Source: Acinetobacter lwoffii (GTDB lineage: Bacteria > Pseudomonadota > Gammaproteobacteria > Pseudomonadales > Moraxellaceae). From it: a stretch of 24,000 bases of DNA. The notes beneath the pieces are model-generated. The model did not search any database and had not been told where the DNA came from. It saw only the letters and a list, made by a program, of their open reading frames with translations. The DNA is taken from NCBI RefSeq assembly GCF_024129715.1, contig NZ_JAMXXM010000005.1, positions 133,987-157,986 of the forward strand, in the 5' to 3' direction. Shown piece by piece: positions 1-9,061 of this stretch. The position numbers and the translations under genes are program-made. The number at the start of each line of letters is the position of its first letter. The stretch's first letter is position 1.

Positions 1-2484
1 TTTGCTCGTGATCCACATCAGTTTGCCGTGCTACTTGGTTTTGGTGCGACAGCCATCTACCCATACCTGGCTTATGACGTGATCAATGATCTGGTCGCCA
101 AAGGTGAATTATTGGGTGACCCAATCTATGCGCAAAACAATTTCCGTAAGGGGATTGAGAAAGGTCTGCTGAAAGTCCTGTCTAAAATGGGTATTTCTAC
201 GGTTGCTTCTTATCGTGGTGGTCAGTTGTTTGAAGCCGTGGGCTTATCTAATGAAGTGGTGGATAAATGCTTCATCGGTGTACCAAGCCGTATTCAGGGT
301 GCAACTTTTGTCGATCTTGAAAATGACCAGAAACAGTTGGCGGATATTGCCTGGAAAAACCGTAAGCCAATTGATCAGGGCGGTTTGCTGAAGTTTGTCT
401 TTGGCAAGGAATATCATGCCTTTAACCCGGATGTAATCAACTCGCTGCATAAAGCCGTACGTTCTGGGAACTACGCAGACTTTAAAGAATATGCAGAACT
501 GGTGAACAACCGGCCGATTGCAACGATCCGTGACCTATTCAAACTGAAAACAGACAATTCGATTGCACTGGATCAAGTGGAATCTGTGGAAGATATCCTG
601 CCTCGCTTTGACTCTGCCGGCATGTCTTTGGGTGCACTGTCACCTGAAGCACATGAAGCGATTGCGATTGCCATGAACACGATTGGCGGTCGTTCAAACT
701 CAGGCGAGGGCGGTGAAGATCCAGCGCGTTACGGTACCATCCGTAACTCGAAAATCAAACAAATTGCATCGGGCCGTTTTGGTGTGACGCCTGCTTATTT
801 AACATCAGCAGAAGTCCTTCAAATTAAAGTCGCGCAAGGTGCAAAACCAGGTGAAGGTGGTCAGTTGCCGGGTGGTAAAGTGAATGGTCTCATTGCCCGT
901 TTACGTTACTCTGTACCGGGCGTTACCCTGATTTCGCCACCTCCGCATCACGACATCTATTCAATTGAAGATTTATCACAGTTGATCTTTGATTTAAAAC
1001 AGGTTAACCCACAGGCGATGGTGTCAGTTAAGCTGGTTTCCGAACCGGGTGTCGGTACGATTGCGGCAGGTGTGGCGAAAGCGTATGCCGATTTCATTAC
1101 CATTTCTGGTTATGATGGTGGTACAGCGGCTTCTCCACTTTCTTCAATTCATCATGCAGGTTCACCGTGGGAACTTGGTCTTTCTGAGGCGCATCAGGCC
1201 CTTCGTGTGAATGACCTGCGTGGTAAAGTTCGCGTACAGACAGATGGTGGTTTAAAAACCGGTCTGGATGTTGTCAAAGCAGCAATTCTGGGTGCAGAAA
1301 GCTTCGGCTTTGGTTCAACCCCAATGATCGCATTGGGTTGTAAATACCTGCGTATCTGCCACCTGAATAACTGTGCAACTGGTGTAGCAACTCAGCAAGA
1401 TCACTTGCGTCAGGAACACTACATCGGCGAACCACAGATGCTGATTAACTTCTTCACCTTTATTGCTGAAGAAACCCGTGAATGGCTGGCGGCACTCGGT
1501 GTGTCAAGTCTGAAAGACCTGATTGGCCGTACTGATCTGCTGGAAGTCTTGCCAGGTGAAACTGCAAAGCATGCACATCTTGATTTAAGCAAATTGCTTG
1601 AGTCACATCCTGCTGCAGAAGGTAAAGCACAGTACTGCGAAGTACAGGGCAATGCACCATTTGATAAAGGCATTCTGGCTGAAAAAATGGTGGATGAGAT
1701 TCTGCCTGCAATTGAAGCGGGAACCGGCGGTGAATATAGCTTCACGATTGGTAACTGTGACCGTTCGATTGGTGCCCGTCTGTCTGGTGAAATTGCGAAA
1801 CGTTATGGCAACCTGAGTATGGAAGCCCATCCGGTAAAAGTTCACCTGAATGGTACTGCGGGCCAGTCGCTGGGTGTATGGAATGCCGGTGGTCTGCATA
1901 TCAGCCTGGAAGGCGATGCCAATGACTATGTTGGTAAAGGTATGGCCGGTGGTCGTATCTCGATCTTCCCACCGAAAGGTTCGCCATTCCAGACCCAAAA
2001 TACCGCGATTATTGGGAACACCTGTTTGTACGGTGCGACTGGCGGTAAGTTATATGCAGCGGGTACAGCGGGCGAGCGTTTCGCGGTGCGTAACTCGGGT
2101 GCATTTGCCGTGATTGAAGGTGCAGGTGATCATTGTTGTGAATATATGACTGGCGGTATCGTGACTGTGTTGGGTAAAGTCGGGCATAACTTCGGTGCAG
2201 GTATGACTGGTGGTTTTGCTTATGTACTTGATCTGGATAATGACTTCGTTGATCATTATAACCATGAACTGATTGAGCTGAACCGTATTTCCACCGAAGC
2301 GATGGAAGAGCATAAAGCCTTCCTGGGTCGTATCCTGGATGAACATATTAAAGAAACGGGTAGTGCTTGGGCGTACAAGATCCGCCATGAGTTTGACTTT
2401 TACAGCCGCAAGTTCTGGTTGGTAAAGCCAAAAGCAGCCAACTTGCAAACGCTGTTAAAAACAACTCAAGCTGATCCACAATAA
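1..2484 (+). CDS. gltB: Glutamate synthase (GOGAT) large subunit, C-terminal ~827 codons; the 5' end lies upstream of the window
   Basis: Frame 1 is open from nt 1 (no stop before the listed Met at 28) to the stop at 2482-2484. The translation carries FMN-barrel motifs ([44 protein letters not shown]) and the C-terminal GXGXG domain ([19 protein letters not shown]). gltD follows immediately. Confidence 0.95.
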   Translation, partial: FARDPHQFAVLLGFGATAIYPYLAYDVINDLVAKGELLGDPIYAQNNFRKGIEKGLLKVLSKMGISTVASYRGGQLFEAVGLSNEVVDKCFIGVPSRIQGATFVDLENDQKQLADIAWKNRKPIDQGGLLKFVFGKEYHAFNPDVINSLHKAVRSGNYADFKEYAELVNNRPIATIRDLFKLKTDNSIALDQVESVEDILPRFDSAGMSLGALSPEAHEAIAIAMNTIGGRSNSGEGGEDPARYGTIRNSKIKQIASGRFGVTPAYLTSAEVLQIKVAQGAKPGEGGQLPGGKVNGLIARLRYSVPGVTLISPPPHHDIYSIEDLSQLIFDLKQVNPQAMVSVKLVSEPGVGTIAAGVAKAYADFITISGYDGGTAASPLSSIHHAGSPWELGLSEAHQALRVNDLRGKVRVQTDGGLKTGLDVVKAAILGAESFGFGSTPMIALGCKYLRICHLNNCATGVATQQDHLRQEHYIGEPQMLINFFTFIAEETREWLAALGVSSLKDLIGRTDLLEVLPGETAKHAHLDLSKLLESHPAAEGKAQYCEVQGNAPFDKGILAEKMVDEILPAIEAGTGGEYSFTIGNCDRSIGARLSGEIAKRYGNLSMEAHPVKVHLNGTAGQSLGVWNAGGLHISLEGDANDYVGKGMAGGRISIFPPKGSPFQTQNTAIIGNTCLYGATGGKLYAAGTAGERFAVRNSGAFAVIEGAGDHCCEYMTGGIVTVLGKVGHNFGAGMTGGFAYVLDLDNDFVDHYNHELIELNRISTEAMEEHKAFLGRILDEHIKETGSAWAYKIRHEFDFYSRKFWLVKPKAANLQTLLKTTQADPQ

Positions 2485-3978
<1,494 letters not shown>

Positions 3979-4010
3979 CAGTTGAAAATTCACTGAAATC
4001 ATTCAAACAA

Positions 4011-4030
4011 CCCGCTACGGCGGGTTTTTT
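4011..4030 (+). terminator. Rho-independent terminator after gltD
   Basis: The stem cccgc (4011-4015), loop tacg and stem gcggg (4020-4024) are followed by a T6 run (4025-4030). Confidence 0.8.
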
Positions 4031-4161
4031 ATTTTTGGATATTGTCTAACTTAAAGAGAAGCCCTTAAAAAAGATTATAAAAAGTAACAAAACTTTAGAA
4101 AATACTGTTTAAAATCAAATTAATTATATAAATATTAATAAAGAATTGAGGACAAGATATC

Positions 4162-4752
4162 ATGCGTGTATTCAAACAATCTCTTATCGCCTTGATGCTG
4201 GCCAGTACCTTGACCCTGAGTGGTTGTGGTTATAACACCTTGCAAGTCAAAGATGAAGCAGTAACGGCCGCGTGGTCGGAAGTACAAAACCAGTATCAGC
4301 GCCGTGCTGATCTGGTGCCTAATCTGGTCAATGTGGTCAAAGGCTATGCCTCGCATGAAGAGCAGGTTTTAACTGAAGTCACACAAGCACGTGCCAATGT
4401 TGCCGGTTTGAAAGTAGATCGTGAAGTGCTGGAAGATCCTGAATTATTCCAGCGCTATCAGGAAGCACAGGCCCAGATGACCAGTGCCTTATCGCGTCTT
4501 TTGGCTGTGACTGAAAATTATCCGGATCTAAAAGCGAATCAACAGTTCCGTGATTTACAGGTACAGCTAGAAGGCACTGAAAACCGGATTGCAGTGGCGC
4601 GTAACCGTTATATTACGACAGTACAGGACTTCAACTCTTATGCGCGTCAGTTCCCGCAAGTCATGACAGCCAAAGTGATTGGTATGGACACCAAACCGAA
4701 CTTTAGCGCCGAGCAAAGTGCACAGAAAGCACCAACGGTTTCCTTTGAATAA
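4162..4752 (+). CDS. lemA: LemA-family lipoprotein
   Basis: The N-terminus MRVFKQSLIALMLASTLTLSGC has a lipobox (LSGC). The rest matches my memory of the LemA family (NTLQ..DEAV..AWSEVQNQYQRRADLVPNLV, NYPDLKAN..F..LQ.QLEGTENRIAVAR..Y). GAGGA lies upstream of the ATG. Confidence 0.85.
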   Translation: MRVFKQSLIALMLASTLTLSGCGYNTLQVKDEAVTAAWSEVQNQYQRRADLVPNLVNVVKGYASHEEQVLTEVTQARANVAGLKVDREVLEDPELFQRYQEAQAQMTSALSRLLAVTENYPDLKANQQFRDLQVQLEGTENRIAVARNRYITTVQDFNSYARQFPQVMTAKVIGMDTKPNFSAEQSAQKAPTVSFE

Positions 4753-4781
4753 GTAATATCTGTAGATAAGTGAGAGATCAG

Positions 4782-5822
4782 ATGCCTGAAATACTGCTGA
4801 AATACTGTGCTAGTTTGATTCTTATGTTGGGCATGGGAATGACAACACTTGTTTCAGCAGAAACGGCGACGGCTACAGATACTGAAGAAGTCATCGTAGC
4901 CCGTGAAATCTTACAACCTAAAAATAATCAAAATACTCCAGCCCAAAATACAGAAACTGCAGCAGTCTCACAGCCACAAATTGCCAATGACATGGCTGAA
5001 GGGCAGCTTCAGCGCGACTTACCCAGCCTGAATGAACCGGTCATTGATCAGGCAAATTTACTTAGTCCCGCTGAAAAACAGCAACTCAGTCAGCGTATTC
5101 TAAAACTTTATAATGAAGGCAAAGGGCAAATAGGTGTAGTCATTGTTCCGACCACGGGGCAGGAAGATATTTTTGATTATTCCATGCGTGTTGCTGAAGC
5201 CTGGCAGCTGGGTTCAGCTAAACGCGACAATGGCTTATTGATGACGATTGCCATTAATGACCGCCGTATTCAAATTTTGACCGGTTATGGTCTGGAGGGT
5301 GTACTACCAGACATAGTGGCAGGTCGAATTATTCATGACAAAATTACGCCATTTTTTAAGCAAGGTCAGTATGCGCAGGGCATTGATTCCGGACTAACCG
5401 AAATTGAACGTATTTTAAATTTAGATCCTGAAATTGCAGCACAGGCCGCGGATGAGTTGAAAGAGCGTCAGGAACAGGCTTATCAGGCCCAAAAAGCATC
5501 GCAAGCTACTTTTGGGAGTGTCATCTTTATTATTATTGCGGGTGTCATAGGTTCCATGATTTTTGGCAGAAAACTCAGTGCTGCGACTGCCGCAGTTGCA
5601 GGGACAGCTGCCGGTCTGGTCAATGGCATGGGTTTAATTGCCAGTTTAATGATTGGTGCCGGGGTATTCTTTTTATTGGTCACCTCGCTTGCCCAGCTGA
5701 TTTTACATGCCTTTATGGCAGGTGGTGGCCGCGGCGGTAGTGGTCGTGGTGGTTTTGGGGGCGGCGGCTTCGGCGGTGGCGGTGGTGGATTTGGCGGGGG
5801 AGGAGCATCAGGCTCATGGTAA
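4782..5822 (+). CDS. TPM-domain membrane protein (YgcG-like) with a signal peptide, C-terminal TM helices and a Gly-rich tail
   Basis: The signal-like N-terminus ends VSAETATA. The TPM-type core reads VIDQANLLSP..GVVIVPTTG..NGLLMTIAINDRRIQILTGYGLEG. Two hydrophobic segments are followed by GGGRGGSGRGGFGGGGFGGGGGGFGGGGASGSW. The start could instead be GTG 4770. Confidence 0.8.
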   Translation: MPEILLKYCASLILMLGMGMTTLVSAETATATDTEEVIVAREILQPKNNQNTPAQNTETAAVSQPQIANDMAEGQLQRDLPSLNEPVIDQANLLSPAEKQQLSQRILKLYNEGKGQIGVVIVPTTGQEDIFDYSMRVAEAWQLGSAKRDNGLLMTIAINDRRIQILTGYGLEGVLPDIVAGRIIHDKITPFFKQGQYAQGIDSGLTEIERILNLDPEIAAQAADELKERQEQAYQAQKASQATFGSVIFIIIAGVIGSMIFGRKLSAATAAVAGTAAGLVNGMGLIASLMIGAGVFFLLVTSLAQLILHAFMAGGGRGGSGRGGFGGGGFGGGGGGFGGGGASGSW

Positions 5823-6376
5823 CAACTACAGATACAACAGAAATTGTCACGCAACCCAAGCTGGAAGAACATGCGCAGCCGAGTGTTAAGCGCTGGTTAA
5901 AACATTTCTTTTATATGCCGGCAACCAAGCGTTTTTTTTCCAAGCAGGATCAGTATGCGATAGCACAGGCTGTTGAAGAAGCTGAGCATGGCCATGTCGG
6001 AGAGATTCAGGTGGTGATTGAAGGTTGTTTGCCTTCACGATCTGCTTATTATCAAGATACCTTATGTCGGGCTCGTCAGTTATTTTCTGAAATTGGGGTT
6101 TGGGATACTGAATATAATAGTGGGGTATTACTCTATTTGAACCTGTGCGAGCACAAGGTTGAAATTGTGATTGATCGGGGAATTAAGAATGCGACAACCC
6201 AGCAGGTCTGGGATGAAATCTGTCAAAGCATCATTCAAAATCTGGCTCAGCAGAAGTTTAAAGAGGGTGTAATTGAAGGGGTAAAGCAAATTGGAGAGGT
6301 GTTAGATCAGTACTATGATCGAAAAATAGATGATTTAAAGAATGAATTAGGGAATAAACCGATTATTCTGGGGTGA
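5816..6376 (+). CDS. Second TPM-domain protein (TLP18.3/Psb32/MOLO-1-type fold family)
   Basis: The ATG overlaps the stop of the upstream gene (ATGGTAA), which suggests translational coupling. The motifs GEIQVVIE and SGVLLYLNLCEHKVEIVIDRGI are typical of the short TPM partner in LemA-TPM-TPM operons. Confidence 0.75.
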   Translation: MVTTTDTTEIVTQPKLEEHAQPSVKRWLKHFFYMPATKRFFSKQDQYAIAQAVEEAEHGHVGEIQVVIEGCLPSRSAYYQDTLCRARQLFSEIGVWDTEYNSGVLLYLNLCEHKVEIVIDRGIKNATTQQVWDEICQSIIQNLAQQKFKEGVIEGVKQIGEVLDQYYDRKIDDLKNELGNKPIILG

Positions 6377-6384
6377 TTTTAGTC

Positions 6385-6413
6385 AACTAACTGACGATTT
6401 TTGTCAGTTAGTT
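6385..6413 (+). terminator. Perfect 11-bp hairpin downstream of the TPM operon; possible terminator or operator
   Basis: The stem aactaactgac (6385-6395), loop gattttt and stem gtcagttagtt (6403-6413) form a perfect hairpin. No clean T-tract follows, so a role as an intrinsic terminator is uncertain. Confidence 0.4.
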
Positions 6414-6498
6414 ACACAAAATAAAACACAGTAGTTACAAAAATAAAAATATTTTTTTAAAGTGCTGTTTTTTCTCTCAATTTTATTATAATAAAACT

Positions 6499-6514
6499 TG
6501 GCACGCTTAGTGCT
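6499..6514 (+). promoter_or_regulatory. Sigma54 (RpoN) -24/-12 promoter for pilA
   Basis: TGGCAC-gctta-GTGCT at 6499-6514 fits TGGCAC-N5-TTGCW, with the GG and GC at the correct spacing. It lies about 75 nt upstream of the pilA ATG. Major pilin genes of the Pseudomonas type are known to depend on RpoN and PilR. Confidence 0.65.
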
Positions 6515-6587
6515 AAATATAAAATTAAGCTAAATGAGCTTTTTCTTTAGGCTTATAAATAAACAAAAAACATTTGTGGAGAATGTT

Positions 6588-7073
6588 ATGAATACAGTAC
6601 AAAAGGGTTTCACCCTTATCGAATTAATGATCGTTGTTGCAATTATCGGTATTCTTGCTGCAATCGCGATTCCGGCTTATCAAAACTATGTTGCAAAATC
6701 TCAAGTTTCAGTAGGTTTGGCTGATATTAGCGGCGGTAAAACAAATACTGAATTAAGTCTTTCAGAAGGTCTTGTGGGGGATATCAATACAGCCGGTGGT
6801 GTTGGATTGCCTAACAAAACAGCTGCATGTTCACGCATTACTGTTGATATTAAAAAAGCTACAGGGGTGGCTGAAATTAAGTGTAATCTTCAAGGATCTT
6901 CACGTATTTCTGGTAAGTTTATTCAATGGGTGCGTACTGCAGACTCTGATGCTGTAAAGGCAGACCCTAGCGATGCGAATACTAAAGATATTGCAGAGTC
7001 AGTAGGTTCATGGACATGTGAAACTAACGTGGCTGCAAATTTAGCGCCTAAGTCTTGTGTTCAAGCTTCTTAA
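6588..7073 (+). CDS. pilA: Type IVa major pilin
   Basis: The class III prepilin leader is [34 protein letters not shown], with Glu at mature position +5. GGAG (6578-6581) lies 6 nt before ATG 6588. A C-terminal Cys pair (WTC...KSC) precedes the final residues VQAS. Confidence 0.92.
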   Translation: MNTVQKGFTLIELMIVVAIIGILAAIAIPAYQNYVAKSQVSVGLADISGGKTNTELSLSEGLVGDINTAGGVGLPNKTAACSRITVDIKKATGVAEIKCNLQGSSRISGKFIQWVRTADSDAVKADPSDANTKDIAESVGSWTCETNVAANLAPKSCVQAS

Positions 7074-7111
7074 TATTAAATCTATGTGATTTTATATTTG
7101 TAATGAAAAAT

Positions 7112-7141
7112 AAACGCATCAATTTGATGCGTTTATTTTTT
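7112..7141 (+). terminator. Rho-independent terminator after pilA
   Basis: The stem aaacgcatc (7112-7120), loop aattt and stem gatgcgttt (7126-7134) are followed by aTTTTTT. Confidence 0.8.
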
Positions 7142-7291
7142 AAATATATTAATTCATTTATAAAAGTAATATTTACTTGAATAAATTTTATAAAATAGTC
7201 AAATAATATTTTTTAAAAGTTAAAGGTATAAATTTTAAAAATACTTTAGTGTTTTTATCTTTGATTATTTTATGGTGGAAGGGTTGATATA

Positions 7292-8971
7292 ATGAGACTA
7301 TATTTAACAATTATTTATTTGGGTATTAAGTCTTACTTAAAATATTATTTATTATATTTTGTTGGTTTTTTTTTAGCTTTGTCTTGGCTTTCAGTTAATC
7401 ATTATAATCCATGGGTGGTTTTTTATAACGAATATTATGCTGTAATTGCACTAATCATAAGTATGTTTTTTTTTATAAATAAAAGCTTAAAAATTCCAAA
7501 AATTATTATTCCAATTATTTTTCTATCTTTTGTACCCGTAATTCATTTTTTTATTGGTAAAGTGTTTTATTTTAGCATCGGTTTTATGGGTTTTATCTAT
7601 GTTAGCTGTTTTTGGTTGGCAATTATATTAGGTTTTAATCTATGTAATAGTATTTTTGATCGTGTAAAAATTTTTTATTATTTTAGTTGTTTATTGGTGT
7701 TTGTTGGTTTCGTAACCGGGTGTATTGCTATATTTCAGTGGTTAAACTTAGAAGATTATATACCTTGGATCAGAGATATAAATGGAAAGCAAAGACCTTA
7801 TGGTAATTTTGCTCAACCCAACAATATGTCAACATTTTTAATTATGTCATTAATGGCATGTTTGTATATTTACGAAATTAAAAAAACAAATATAAGACTC
7901 ATAATAATTTCTGCAATCATAATTTTGATAGGAATTACTTTAAGTCAATCGAGAACAGCTTGGCTTGTATCAGTTTTTATTTTTATTTATTTATCAATTT
8001 ATCAGTATAAAGATATTGTCACATTAAAATGGCATTACAGTATAGTATGGTTTATTTTATTTATTTTATTTATTTTTAATCTGCCTTTAATTAGTCAGGC
8101 TGTTTTATATTTTACAGATCTACAAATAGTACAAAACCGTGATGTAATAATTAGAGCCACATCTGATCTATCACGGCTAGGTATTTGGAAGCATTTAATA
8201 TATGCAATAGATAAAGAACCTTGGTGGGGACATGGTTGGAACCAAACAAGTGTTGCATTTTCTTCAGTTACTGAAATAAATCAAGGAGCTTTGTGGGTTA
8301 GAAAAGCTCATAATTTTATTTTAGATTTTCTATTATGGAACGGTTTTATTATTGGTATTCCTTTTTTATTGTATTTTTGCTGTATAGGATTTTTTTTACT
8401 AAAAAATGTAACCTCAGTCGAGTCTGTAGTTGGTGTATTAATGGTTGGTACCTTTTTAAATCATGCAATGTTTGAGTTTCCACAACACTATACTTTTTTT
8501 CTTATTCCAGTTGGCTTTATTATTGGTATGATCCTAGCTCAAAAAAAAGAACTGTCTGTTTTTATTTTAAGCAGTCATTTTTGTAATATCCTACTTATAT
8601 TTAGCATTTTGGTTTTAATTGTAGTTTATCGTGATTATGAGATTGCGAGAGCTAAAATGTTGGAAAGTATTTTATACCAAAAGCAGTCTCAAAAAATCCA
8701 AATTGAATCCCCTATTTTTTTATTAACAGAGTTTAATCATCGCATAGCTTGGATTCGTATGAATCCCTACAGTATAAAATCATTAGAGGAAATTAAAACT
8801 ATTGATCAGCTCATTAATAGTTATCCCATTGAGTATAATCTTAAAAAATATGCCAAATTATTGGCTTTTAATGGATATGAAAAAGAAGCCAGGCATCAAC
8901 TTTGGCGATTAAAAGTTATATGGAAAACAGATTTGAGTTATGAGGTTTTGATTGAGGATATGCCAAGATAA
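7292..8971 (+). CDS. tfpO: Polytopic O-antigen-ligase/Wzy_C-type O-oligosaccharyltransferase next to pilA; probable pilin-specific TfpO/PilO-like enzyme
   Basis: This is a highly hydrophobic multi-TM protein with the motifs RPYGNFAQPNNMSTF, LSQSRTAWL and AHNFILDFLLWNG. It lies immediately downstream of a pilA ending in Ser. It aligns end to end with the next ORF. The true start may be TTG 7319, because the paralogue alignment begins about 17 residues in. Confidence 0.75.
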   Translation: MRLYLTIIYLGIKSYLKYYLLYFVGFFLALSWLSVNHYNPWVVFYNEYYAVIALIISMFFFINKSLKIPKIIIPIIFLSFVPVIHFFIGKVFYFSIGFMGFIYVSCFWLAIILGFNLCNSIFDRVKIFYYFSCLLVFVGFVTGCIAIFQWLNLEDYIPWIRDINGKQRPYGNFAQPNNMSTFLIMSLMACLYIYEIKKTNIRLIIISAIIILIGITLSQSRTAWLVSVFIFIYLSIYQYKDIVTLKWHYSIVWFILFILFIFNLPLISQAVLYFTDLQIVQNRDVIIRATSDLSRLGIWKHLIYAIDKEPWWGHGWNQTSVAFSSVTEINQGALWVRKAHNFILDFLLWNGFIIGIPFLLYFCCIGFFLLKNVTSVESVVGVLMVGTFLNHAMFEFPQHYTFFLIPVGFIIGMILAQKKELSVFILSSHFCNILLIFSILVLIVVYRDYEIARAKMLESILYQKQSQKIQIESPIFLLTEFNHRIAWIRMNPYSIKSLEEIKTIDQLINSYPIEYNLKKYAKLLAFNGYEKEARHQLWRLKVIWKTDLSYEVLIEDMPR

Positions 8972-9061
8972 ATTAATCTATAATTTTTTAAGTAAAAATA
9001 TAGATTTCTTAGTTAGAATTTTTTTATATATCATATAGTATCTGCACTCATTGACATCACC

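Noticed and set aside
1419-2448. Several 80-130-aa ORFs antisense to, or out of frame within, gltB (for example 1603-1998 and 2050-2448 on the minus strand, and 1850-2113 on the plus strand).
   Set aside because: They are embedded in a strongly conserved GOGAT coding frame. Their translations are Cys/Arg/Thr-rich nonsense with no recognisable motifs.
5718-5815. A repetitive GGT/GGC-rich DNA stretch that might be a tandem repeat or CRISPR-like array.
   Set aside because: It is irregular low-complexity sequence coding for a Gly/Phe/Arg tail. It has no unit periodicity or spacer structure.
5483-5872. A 129-aa minus-strand ORF with a proline-rich stretch (PPPPNPPPPPPKPPPPKPP).
   Set aside because: It is the reverse-complement reading of the GGN-rich codons that encode the Gly-rich tail of the TPM protein. 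It has no independent start context and lies fully inside two well-supported plus-strand genes.
6534-6587. An upstream ATG giving PilA an 18-residue N-terminal extension ([18 protein letters not shown]).
   Set aside because: It would destroy the short basic prepilin leader. There is no SD, and the ATG sits only about 10 nt from the predicted sigma54 start site. ATG 6588 has a GGAG and gives the canonical MNTVQKG/F leader.
8975-9006. An AT-only inverted repeat (aatctata ... tatagatt) between tfpO and pglL, considered as a possible terminator.
   Set aside because: The 8-bp all-A/T stem with a 16-nt loop is thermodynamically weak, and no T-tract follows. It is probably a by-product of AT-rich composition.
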